A DNA stretch of 64,000 nucleotides from Armatimonadota bacterium (lineage in GTDB: Bacteria > Armatimonadota > HRBIN16), in contig OY781964.1 in NCBI GenBank assembly GCA_963677485.1, positions 2,112,001-2,176,000 on the forward strand, given 5' to 3'. Under the pieces are notes generated by a model that worked only from the letters and a program-made list of their open reading frames with translations, was not told the DNA's origin and did no database searches. Of the stretch, positions 10,895 through 19,302 are shown one piece after another. Position 1 is the stretch's first letter. Every line of letters begins with the position of its first letter. The position numbers were made by a program, and so were the translations under genes.

Positions 10895-11197
10895 ATGCCC
10901 GAATTTGGAAGTCCATTTTCCGGATTGATGAGCGATCGTAAGCTTACCCATACCGAGCTGGTGCGCGCCATCCGCTTCATGGTCTCCGCAGAGTATGAAG
11001 CGATACAGCTCTACATGCAGCTTGCCGAATCCACCGACCATTTACTGGCGATTGATGTTCTGACGGACATCGCCAACGAAGAGCGCGTTCATGCCGGTGA
11101 GTTCCTGCGGCTGCTGAAGGCGCTTGAACCCGACGAGGAGGCCTTCTACCAGCAAGGTGCCGCGGAGGTTGAGGAGGAGATCGAGAAGCAAGGCTAG
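10895..11197 (+). CDS. Ferritin-like (rubrerythrin/EncFtn-type) protein
   Basis: AEYEAIQLY...DIANEERVHAGEF di-iron motifs; RBS AGGAG upstream. Confidence 0.88.
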   Translation: MPEFGSPFSGLMSDRKLTHTELVRAIRFMVSAEYEAIQLYMQLAESTDHLLAIDVLTDIANEERVHAGEFLRLLKALEPDEEAFYQQGAAEVEEEIEKQG

Positions 11198-11204
11198 GAT
11201 TGGG

Positions 11205-11605
11205 GGATTCTCAATCCACAGATTACACAGATTACGCAGATAAACGCGGATACAGGAGCACAACGCAAAGGCGCAGAGGGGCAAAGGACGCAAAGGAATT
11301 CGAAATAGCCCCAGCCCAATTGGCTATGTCCGGGGCGGTCTGGCAGTACGCTAGCGGGTGCTCAAGACCCAAGACCGCGCCGGTCTTTCTCCAATGCGGG
11401 TGGTTATTGGCACGAAAGAGTGTGATTCTATTCTCAACCACGAATCAACACGGATAGACACGAATGGACACAGATGAACGCGGATGGTCAATGAACAACG
11501 CAAAGGCCCAGGGTGTATTCGCGGTATAGAACGACCACTCGGCGCAGTCACATGCCTTTGCGTCTTTGCTTCTTTGCGTCTTTGCGTTGAATCCCGATTC
11601 CCATC
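11205..11605. repeat. Intergenic mosaic: CACAGATT, CGCAAAG and CACGAAT periodic repeats plus an inverted half of REPIN family A
   Basis: ccacagattacacagattacgcagat; aacgcaaaggcgcagag; gtccggggcggtc...gaccgcgccggtc at about 11328-11385; aaccacgaat units; ctttgcgtctttgcgttg. Confidence 0.85.
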
Positions 11606-11677
11606 CGTTGGGTTATTCCATCTCCTGAGTGGTATCACTAAGATGTATGCACTGTAGTAGCAAGCGAGGTTGATCCC

Positions 11678-12751
11678 GTGGTTGACAATCTGAAGCATTC
11701 TAGTCAAGCGATGGAGACACTGGTGTCCACCTATTTCACGCAAAACGCGGATTTCCACTCCCAGTATTTTCGCATCCCGTTTTGTGACATCACCAACAAT
11801 GGTGTGCTGATCGCCGGCGGGGATGTTCGCTACGGGGGCGCAACCGACTTCCAGCAGATTGATATCGGCATCGCGAGAAGCGTAGACTTCGGCCAGAGCT
11901 GGTCCGACAAGAAGATCGTGTTGAAGCACAACAACCGGTGCGCGCACTCCCGTAAGATGGACGCCACAATCCTAGTCAACCGCAGCACGAACCGCGTGTT
12001 CTTGTTTGGTCACTGCGTGGACAGCGACCTGCTGTGGGAGGAGACCTCCGATCCTGCCGCGATTATCACCGACTGCGTCTACAAGTACTCAGATGATGAC
12101 GGAAAGACCTGGTCCAGGGAGTATTCGCTGAACTCCATCCGACCCAAATCGGCGGTGACCATGTTTGCAGGAGCCAGCAAGGGCATCACCATGGCCGACG
12201 GCACGCTGATTCTACCGATGCAGATACGGGGCAGCAATAACGCATTGAGTATACAGAGCGGCCTGTTGGTCAGCCAGGACAACGGCACTTCCTGGCAGTT
12301 TAGTGGGGCGTTACTGCCGGTTTTCTCATGTGAGACGCAAGTGGTGGAATATAAACGGGGTCAGTTGATGCTGAACTGCCGCGGCAACATCGGCCATCGG
12401 CGCGTATTTGTGACATCCAACAAGGGCCGCACATACACGCCCCATTCCACAGATGCCAACACGCTGATCGAGCCAGAGGGGTGCCAGGGCAGCATCGACA
12501 AGATCACCATTGGCCGCACGACCTACGGGCTGTTCACAAACCCAAATGATGCGGAGCAACGGGCGAATATCACCTTGAAGGTCAGCAAGGACTTCACCCA
12601 CTGGCGGGAGCTCTGCTGTCTCGTGCCCGGATCCACAGACGGGTATACGTGCATCACCCATTACAAGAATGATGTGTATATTGCCATCGAACGGCACGGC
12701 TCACAGGAAATGCACCGGATCACGGATATTGGGTCGATGATCGGTAGGTGA
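11678..12751 (+). CDS. Exo-alpha-sialidase (GH33)
   Basis: FRIP motif; Asp boxes SVDFGQSW, SDDDGKTW, SQDNGTSW, TSNKGRTY; candidate Arg triad and Tyr nucleophile (GYT). Confidence 0.9.
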   Translation: MVDNLKHSSQAMETLVSTYFTQNADFHSQYFRIPFCDITNNGVLIAGGDVRYGGATDFQQIDIGIARSVDFGQSWSDKKIVLKHNNRCAHSRKMDATILVNRSTNRVFLFGHCVDSDLLWEETSDPAAIITDCVYKYSDDDGKTWSREYSLNSIRPKSAVTMFAGASKGITMADGTLILPMQIRGSNNALSIQSGLLVSQDNGTSWQFSGALLPVFSCETQVVEYKRGQLMLNCRGNIGHRRVFVTSNKGRTYTPHSTDANTLIEPEGCQGSIDKITIGRTTYGLFTNPNDAEQRANITLKVSKDFTHWRELCCLVPGSTDGYTCITHYKNDVYIAIERHGSQEMHRITDIGSMIGR

Positions 12752-13542
12752 ACGAAATGTATGCATTGGATAACACAGATCCCAGGCTGATCGAGGTATC
12801 CACCACTGGCGATTATTGGAGGCTTGTGATGGAAAAGCCTTGGAGCTTGGTAGGATACTCGTTCAACGCGTTGCTGCTTCAAAACGGGGGCAAGCTGGTA
12901 GTTCAGTTTGCCGATGCCAGGATGGACTATGTGGTGACAGCACAGCCCATCATACAGCACAAAATCGAACACAGATTTGTCCTGTTCAATATCAGTGATC
13001 AGCGGATACTTTGCTACGCTCGGTGGCACGATAAATATGCACTATATGATCGTGCCAGCAAGAAGTCTGTAATGATCAAAGGGGCCTCGATGCGCATGAG
13101 CGAACGCGGTGATCTGTGGAGCATTGGAAAACCGGAATGCTCCGGCGCGATGCCTCTCCACCCGCATCAGCTCACCATACCGGCAAAATATAAGCTTGAT
13201 CTATGGTATGTGTGGCAGGGTCATGCTGTGTTGTTATGTGGTGATCGTCAGAACGGTGATCTGCCGTATCTGATGATGATCAAAGATGCACACGATCGGA
13301 TGATAAACCAGGTAGAGCTTAAGGAAAGGCCGGTACGGGTTGTTGCCTGTCAACACGGTGTGATGCTGGCTTACTGGCATTACAAAAGCTACGTGCAGGA
13401 TAACTACAACTGGGCACTTAAAAAAACCGGAACCGACCGATATGTGGGTTCCAACGATCCGTTTTTATCATCTGTGCTCGAGGATGGCGTTTATAAGCGG
13501 CTCGCGAAGGTATCTCACAGGCGCGCCGGTGCCTGGAAGTAG
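12748..13542 (+). CDS. Hypothetical protein
   Basis: 264-aa ORF coupled to the sialidase stop (GTGA overlap); no recognisable motif. Confidence 0.65.
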   Translation: MNEMYALDNTDPRLIEVSTTGDYWRLVMEKPWSLVGYSFNALLLQNGGKLVVQFADARMDYVVTAQPIIQHKIEHRFVLFNISDQRILCYARWHDKYALYDRASKKSVMIKGASMRMSERGDLWSIGKPECSGAMPLHPHQLTIPAKYKLDLWYVWQGHAVLLCGDRQNGDLPYLMMIKDAHDRMINQVELKERPVRVVACQHGVMLAYWHYKSYVQDNYNWALKKTGTDRYVGSNDPFLSSVLEDGVYKRLAKVSHRRAGAWK

Positions 13543-13805
13543 CGGGTTGAAAGATGAAGGCCCATATGGTCAACCATCGTGCTGAGAGTTTCGTCACCCA
13601 AACCTATTGTGATTGGTCCGATCCGTCTGATCCGTCCGATGTAATAGGCGCGGAGGTACCGTGTCGCCCGCCGAACTTACTTTCTCCAGTTGAAATCTTG
13701 TACAATGATAGTTGTGATAAGGTTAATACCATATATACTTTTCTGTATGATATCGATAAGCATCTGTGATCGATCACTGTTCGACATGAATTTGGGGGAT
13801 ATCTG

Positions 13806-14159
13806 ATGAGTGTTAGTCCGATAAGTTACGAAGTTGGATCTGTAGAACAACCAACCAAAGTGCTGCGGGAATGGCCATGTCCTGGTGGAAAGAAGGCCCT
13901 GCACTTCATCGAGAACGCAGATGGAGAGGGCGCCAACCTTTTCCTGATCGTGTTTCATTTCCCTGCTAACTGCGCTAAAAAGCCGGTTACTTTAGCATCT
14001 GGGCAAACCGAGGCGGAAGCCTTGGAAAATGAGGTTGTCTATCTGAAAAACCAGACTAAAGACTACTCAGAACGTCGCGCCCAGGAGATTCAAAGAAGAG
14101 AACAGGAAGAGGCCCTGGGGCACCCGAAAAGAGCACTTGGCGCGCGGAAAAGCTCATAG
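13806..14159 (+). CDS. Hypothetical protein
   Basis: 117-aa ORF after an AT-rich leader, with a GGGGG RBS-like stretch and a coiled-coil-like C-terminus. Confidence 0.55.
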   Translation: MSVSPISYEVGSVEQPTKVLREWPCPGGKKALHFIENADGEGANLFLIVFHFPANCAKKPVTLASGQTEAEALENEVVYLKNQTKDYSERRAQEIQRREQEEALGHPKRALGARKSS

Positions 14160-14255
14160 CACTGGGATGTGATCAGGCGAAGGTTTGGACGCATCGGGGC
14201 AGTCCCCGCATCTTGTAAAATGTAGATACAGACATCTATATACAGTGAGGGTAAT

Positions 14256-14636
14256 ATGCCGATCTATGAATTCCGATGCAGTCAGTGCCACCGCCGATTT
14301 AGCGAGCTGGTGGGTGTGGTGGCCAACAATAACGACCCCATCAAATGCCCCAAATGCGGCTGCCTTGAGGTGGAACGCCTGATGAGCCGCTTTTCGCGTG
14401 TCCGCAATGAGGATGACATGATGGAGCAGATGTTGGACCCATCCAAGCTGGGCGACATTGAGGACCCCAAGAACCTTGCCCGTGTGGCCAAGGAGATGGG
14501 GAAAGAGATGGGTGAGGACTTCTCCGACGAAATCGACGCCGCTCTGGAAGAAGAGATGGGCGGCGGTGCGGGTGAAGGTGGTGCAGAAGACGGATCGGCA
14601 TCCGCATCTGATGGCATGGGAGACAGCGGGTTTTAG
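14256..14636 (+). CDS. FmdB-family zinc-ribbon protein
   Basis: MPIYEFRCxxC...CPKCG...ERLMS with an acidic C-terminus. Confidence 0.9.
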   Translation: MPIYEFRCSQCHRRFSELVGVVANNNDPIKCPKCGCLEVERLMSRFSRVRNEDDMMEQMLDPSKLGDIEDPKNLARVAKEMGKEMGEDFSDEIDAALEEEMGGGAGEGGAEDGSASASDGMGDSGF

Positions 14637-14638
14637 GA

Positions 14639-15079
14639 TTGGATAAATTAGGACTAGGCTACCTGCTGATGTTCGCGGCAATTCTGGGCTTCGGACTATA
14701 TGGCGTCAGCTTCAAATATAGTGCCGTGAAGAAGCTAAACCTCAAAGCGGTCAACATCACGATGTATCTGGTGACCACACTGACTATCGCCATCACGGCC
14801 AAAATGACCGTGGGGATTCCGCTAGACTGGAAATTCCTGTTGTTTGGCAGTGTGCTGGGGTTGAGTTCCTACGCTTTTGTGCTTTACTTCCGGCGGGCCA
14901 GTGCCATAGGCTCTACAGCCGTGTGCTGGACCATCCTGCAGATGGCCATCGTGCTGCCCTTCCTAACATCCGCGTTGATTTACCACGAGGTTCCGAAGTG
15001 GAACCACTGGCTGGGACTGGTCTGCACCGGTATCGGTGTGGCACTGCTGGGCCGAGATGTGAAGAGGCAGCAGCAATGA
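14639..15079 (+). CDS. EamA/DMT-family half transporter
   Basis: About 5 hydrophobic helices; C-terminal HE.P....WLG....IGV.LL pattern; TTG start. Confidence 0.75.
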   Translation: MDKLGLGYLLMFAAILGFGLYGVSFKYSAVKKLNLKAVNITMYLVTTLTIAITAKMTVGIPLDWKFLLFGSVLGLSSYAFVLYFRRASAIGSTAVCWTILQMAIVLPFLTSALIYHEVPKWNHWLGLVCTGIGVALLGRDVKRQQQ

Positions 15080-15489
15080 AATACTCCCATGCGGTGATCG
15101 GCACTTTTGCCATGAATGGATTCGGCATGTTGATCATGCAGTATCTGGCGAAGTATGATGCCAAATACGGCGTCCCCTGCCTGGCTCTGTCCTGCTTGAC
15201 GGCTTTTATCTTCGTGGCGATTTTCGGCGAAAAGGCGGAGACTCACGGTGCCATCACGGCCTCTGTGGTGACCGGGCTTGTGGCCGGGCTCGGCTGGGCC
15301 GGTGGCTTGATCTGGCAGATGCAGGCGATGAGCCTGGTGCCGGGTTACATCCTGTTCCCCTGCATCGCCGGTAGCTGCACGCTGCTGGTTTCTGTGGTGT
15401 CGCGGTTTGTGTTTGGCGAGAAGATCGGCGTGAATGGCATGGTGGGCATCGGCTTCTGCGTGCTCGCGGTGGTTCTTCTCAGCGTGTAA
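15076..15489 (+). CDS. EamA/DMT-family half transporter
   Basis: ATG at 15076 overlaps the upstream TGA; FGEKIG...GI......VLL pattern. Confidence 0.75.
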   Translation: MKYSHAVIGTFAMNGFGMLIMQYLAKYDAKYGVPCLALSCLTAFIFVAIFGEKAETHGAITASVVTGLVAGLGWAGGLIWQMQAMSLVPGYILFPCIAGSCTLLVSVVSRFVFGEKIGVNGMVGIGFCVLAVVLLSV

Positions 15490-15504
15490 TCGCCACCCTA
15501 CATT

Positions 15505-16160
15505 CGGATGACCACTAAACCCGCACCAACGTGGCTGGTAGCCTGCGACCCACGCCTCTGGCCTTTGGCGACGGGTTCGGTGGCCCGTCCGTGACTTCGT
15601 CCCGGTACGGGCACTGTCACCCGTCGCTGATCAATACCGGCCCGCGTTCCGGCGGGCGTTGGGAAGGCCACCCTCCCTTGCGCCGGTGATGGGCTGCATG
15701 GCGTTTGGGTTTGGGCTGACAAACAGTCACGATCTTGACCCCTCCGCGATCTCCGCGTCTCCGCGTGAGACCGCTCCCTTCGTGCCAATCGCCGTCCGCC
15801 GTAGAGAAAGACCGGCGCGGTCTTGGGTCTTCTGCAACCGCTAGCGTACCGCCAGACCGCCCCGGACATAGGCATCGCTTGGCTTAAGGAACTGCTACCC
15901 ACTTCGTGGGTGCCCAGAGCCCCGGACATAACCCACCAGCCGTGGGGGCCACCTCCTTTACGCCGGTGATGGGCTGCATGGCGTTTGGGTTTGGGCTGAC
16001 AAACAGTCACGGCCGTGACCCCTCCGCGATCTCCGCGTCTCCGCGTGAGACCGTACCCTTCGTGCCAATCGACGTCCGCCGTAGAGAAAGACCGGCGCGG
16101 TCTTGGGCCTTCTGCAGCCGCTAGCGTACCGTCAGACCGCCCCGGACATAGGCATTCAAG
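15505..16160. repeat. Repeat mosaic: family C+B module followed by a 280-bp-period duplication containing half REPIN A
   Basis: 15666-15875 is repeated at 15947-16155; 15570-15664 matches 52036-52131 in reverse. Confidence 0.88.
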
Positions 16161-16254
16161 CCCGAGTAGTAAGACAATCAACCCACTAAAAAGGCCGTTC
16201 GGGGCACCCTTAAAGTGCTCCAAACGGCCTGCGTGATACTGAAACCCGGTGCGA

Positions 16255-17277
16255 CTAAAGAACCTGGCGTTTGCCCGTCTTAGCCGACTCAATCGCGGCT
16301 AAGGCGACAGCCACCGCACTGATGCCCGCATCGATGCCCATGGGGAAATCTTTGCCCTTCAGTATGGTGTCCATGAAGTAGTCGATCTCAATACTCCAGC
16401 TTTCGGGGTTTGGATTGCGGCGGATGGTGCGCCATTTGAACTCGGGAGCCGCCTTCCAGTCTGGACTGGACTTGCCCACGCACACGCGCAGCGGCTCGGT
16501 GTAGTTGTTAATCACTGTGCCGTTGTCAGCGTATATTTCCAAACCGTTGAAACCTGGGCCGCTGGTCCAGCCGCATTCGATGTAGGCCATGGCTTTGTTC
16601 TCAAACTCCAGCGTCATGATGGCGTTGTCGTCCAGCTTAATGTCCTTGCGCAGTGTCTTCATGCAGGCGCTGACCGCGGTGATGCGTCCGATCATCCACT
16701 GGCAAAGGTCGATGGCATGGATACCCATGTCAAACAACGCCCCACCGAAGGCGATCTCAGGATCGTAGAACCAGTCAGTCTTCGCCCACCCTGGGAAAGG
16801 TCCGCCATGTGCGAATCGCACACGCATCATGAAGGGATCGCCAATTTCGTCGCGGTCGAGAAGGGCTTTGATCTTGTTGTTGGAGTGAATCAAGCGGTGC
16901 GAAAAGCCGATCATCACCTTCTTGCCGGATGCTTTGGCAGCGGCTTTTACCGCACTGGCTTCGGCCAGGCTGATGGTCATGGGTTTCTCAAGCAGCAGGT
17001 TGGCACCCGCATTCAGAGCGGCGATGGCGTGCTCCGCGTGGAATTTGTTGGGTGAGCAGACCGATACGAAGTCAGGCTTCTCCGCGGCCAGCATCTCGCG
17101 GTAGTCGGAATAGGCTTTGGCGATCTTGAACTGACCTTTCGCCTCAGCGATGCGTTCCGGCACGGGGTCCGCGATGACGATGCGGCCCACATCCTCGCGT
17201 TTGTCGTAGCCAGGCAGGTGCAGTGCCTGTGCGATGGCACCAGCCCCGATGGTGGCTACTGTGTATGATTTGCTCAT
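16255..17277 (-). CDS. Gfo/Idh/MocA-family oxidoreductase
   Basis: IGAGAIA Rossmann motif, LLEKP, GGALFDMGIHAID. Start placed at ATG 17277; the longer ORF only reads through repeats. Confidence 0.93.
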   Translation of the reverse strand: MSKSYTVATIGAGAIAQALHLPGYDKREDVGRIVIADPVPERIAEAKGQFKIAKAYSDYREMLAAEKPDFVSVCSPNKFHAEHAIAALNAGANLLLEKPMTISLAEASAVKAAAKASGKKVMIGFSHRLIHSNNKIKALLDRDEIGDPFMMRVRFAHGGPFPGWAKTDWFYDPEIAFGGALFDMGIHAIDLCQWMIGRITAVSACMKTLRKDIKLDDNAIMTLEFENKAMAYIECGWTSGPGFNGLEIYADNGTVINNYTEPLRVCVGKSSPDWKAAPEFKWRTIRRNPNPESWSIEIDYFMDTILKGKDFPMGIDAGISAVAVALAAIESAKTGKRQVL

Positions 17278-17344
17278 TCTAGTCGTTCTCCTTGATGATA
17301 GATGTTTATAGATTGCATGGTTTGCATATGTAACATTATTGCCA

Positions 17345-17625
17345 TTGTCCGGGGCGGTCTGTCCACCCTTGGGCACGCCAATCTCCCGATTGGCATTTCC
17401 CGTCCCCATCCGTGTCATCCTGAAAATCCGTGTAATCCGTGGTTCAGACAATACAGGCAAGGGCACCGCACGCGATGCCCCTACGATCCGGATATCCAGG
17501 ACGCGATGTTCACGAACGGTAGGGGCATGGCGTGCCGTGCCCCAGGGTCGGGAGACCCGACCCCTACGTTCCGATTGGGCACCGCACGCGATGCCCCTAC
17601 GATTGGGCACCGCACCCCCGGGCGT
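17345..17625. repeat. REP cluster (GTAGGGGC../..GCCCCTAC hairpins) plus a family A arm and the GCCAATC module
   Basis: gggcaccgcacgcgatgcccctac twice, gtaggggcatggcgtgccgtgccc, gggtcgggagacccgacccctac. Confidence 0.88.
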
Positions 17626-17668
17626 CGTGCCCCGTCGGAATCACTCATTAGGCAGATGATACCACTTT

Positions 17669-18319
17669 TTACTCTCCAAAGAGAGTCTGTTCCGCCAGCA
17701 GGCAGATCACATGGTAAATCACCATGTGAAGATTTTGAATCTGGTAGGTCTGTTCGGCAGGCACGCCGATAACTTGCTCGCAGTGACTGTCAAAGGGTGA
17801 AGGCTGGCACCCCGTGAAACCCACGGTGTGCAACCCAAACGCCTTGGCGACAGTGAAGGCGTTCAGCACGTTGGCGGAGTGGCCGGATGTGCTGAAGCCG
17901 ATCAGCACATCACCCGGTCGGCCGTAAGCATACACCTGCTGGGCATACACCAGATCGGCACCCAAGTCGTTGCTGATGGCAGAGATAAGTGCCGTCTGCT
18001 GCGTGAGGTCGATGGCCCTCATACCGCGCTGCATCCGGTCGGCCATGGCCGACCAGTTGGCGGCACCGGTGGCCTGCAGCTTCGCACGGTCCGCCTCCGG
18101 CATCCGCCGAGGAAGGGCAAAGGCTTTCACCATCTCGCCCACAATGTGCCCGCAGTCGGCGGCACTCCCGCCGTTGCCGCAAAGCAGTATCTGCCCGTTC
18201 CCGCGATGGGCGGTGCAGATCATCTCCACCGTGTCCAAGATCGTATCCGAAAGCGGTGTCAGCTCAGGGTGCTGCTGCAGCATGGTCTGGAAGTGTTGGT
18301 TGTCTCGTAGTCCGTTCAA
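17669..18319 (-). CDS. SIS-domain phosphosugar isomerase (GmhA-like)
   Basis: CGNGGSAAD, SND, FSTSGHSANV, IQNLH. The TTG start overlaps the ROK stop. Confidence 0.88.
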   Translation of the reverse strand: MNGLRDNQHFQTMLQQHPELTPLSDTILDTVEMICTAHRGNGQILLCGNGGSAADCGHIVGEMVKAFALPRRMPEADRAKLQATGAANWSAMADRMQRGMRAIDLTQQTALISAISNDLGADLVYAQQVYAYGRPGDVLIGFSTSGHSANVLNAFTVAKAFGLHTVGFTGCQPSPFDSHCEQVIGVPAEQTYQIQNLHMVIYHVICLLAEQTLFGE

Positions 18320-19302
18320 AATCCTTCTCCTAATGCCACGCACAGGCTGGCATAATCTCCAATTGCTTCACCCAAAGCAGCAGGCACCACTCGGCAGACG
18401 GAGGCACTGAGTGCCAGTGCTTCCTCCGCGATGGTCTGCGCAGCGATGGGCCAGAGCAGCTCATGCTGTCGCACAAACACGCTGCCGATCACGATGTACT
18501 CCGGGTTCAGCAGGTCAATCAAAATCGACAGCCCCTCACCTAGCCTGCGGGCCACCGTGTTGTAGATGTCGGTTGCAACCGGGTCGCCCGCTCGCGCGGC
18601 TTCCGCTACCGACTGCGCGGTGAGTTCCGAAACCTGCTCCATACTGGGGCAAAACTGGACATAATCTCCACGCTCAAGCAGCTTTTTCACATGCGCTTGC
18701 GCCAGACGAGCGATGCCGCCACCGCTGCAGAAGCCCTCGAAGGAACCCTCTTTACCATAACCGACAGGGCCCTGTTTGGCCAGCCGGATGTGTCCCGCTT
18801 CACCGGCCATATCGTTGGTGCCGGAATAGAGCCTGCCGTCAAGGATCAACCCCGCGCCCAGGCCGGTGCCGAAGGTCATGAACACCATGTTCTGGCAGCC
18901 TTTGCCCGCGCCCCACTTCCATTCTGCCAAAGCGCAGGCGTTGGCGTCATTCACCAGGTAGACTGGCAGACCGTAGCGCTGCTCGAATCGGCTGACGATA
19001 TGCACTTCGTCCCAGCCATGGAGGTTGGGAGGGCTAAGGATCACGCCAGTTTTGCCGTCCAACGGTCCGCCGCAACTGATGCCTATGCCTCTCATCAGCC
19101 CGATCTGCAGCTTGTGGCGCTCCAATATCCGCTGGGTTTGCTGTTCAAACTGCGCCAGAGTCTGCTTTACCCCCTCGCTGGTGAGGGTCGGGAAGGCGAT
19201 CTTGTCCAGAATCTCCACCCGGTCCGACTCTGCGCGGCCCAGCACGACCGCACATTTGGTGCCGCCGATATCGTAGCCCAGCAGGTAACTGTCTGTCGCC
19301 AT
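18316..19302 (-). CDS. ROK-family sugar kinase
   Basis: DIGGTK, NDANACALAE, GTGLGAG, GEAGH. Confidence 0.93.
   Translation of the reverse strand: MATDSYLLGYDIGGTKCAVVLGRAESDRVEILDKIAFPTLTSEGVKQTLAQFEQQTQRILERHKLQIGLMRGIGISCGGPLDGKTGVILSPPNLHGWDEVHIVSRFEQRYGLPVYLVNDANACALAEWKWGAGKGCQNMVFMTFGTGLGAGLILDGRLYSGTNDMAGEAGHIRLAKQGPVGYGKEGSFEGFCSGGGIARLAQAHVKKLLERGDYVQFCPSMEQVSELTAQSVAEAARAGDPVATDIYNTVARRLGEGLSILIDLLNPEYIVIGSVFVRQHELLWPIAAQTIAEEALALSASVCRVVPAALGEAIGDYASLCVALGEGF

Noticed and set aside
9549-10916. Long antisense ORFs (also 45254-46420, 46543-47805, 24123-25127, 57020-57952, 58841-59758)
   Set aside because: These are shadow frames of well-supported genes, expected with GC-biased codon usage, and they show no protein motifs.
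15498-16292. ORFs of 190-265 aa lying wholly or partly in repeat mosaics (also 51360-52142, 61463-62041, 11351-11947, 55253-55825)
   Set aside because: They are translations of GC-rich repeats or shadows of real genes, and the repeat periods of 191, 205 and 280 bp are not multiples of 3.
17278-17610. N-terminal extension of the Gfo/Idh/MocA ORF (similar extensions for recF, leuS, RAYT and the IS110 transposase)
   Set aside because: The extensions run through repeats, leaders or the bridge RNA; downstream starts fit the family N-termini.
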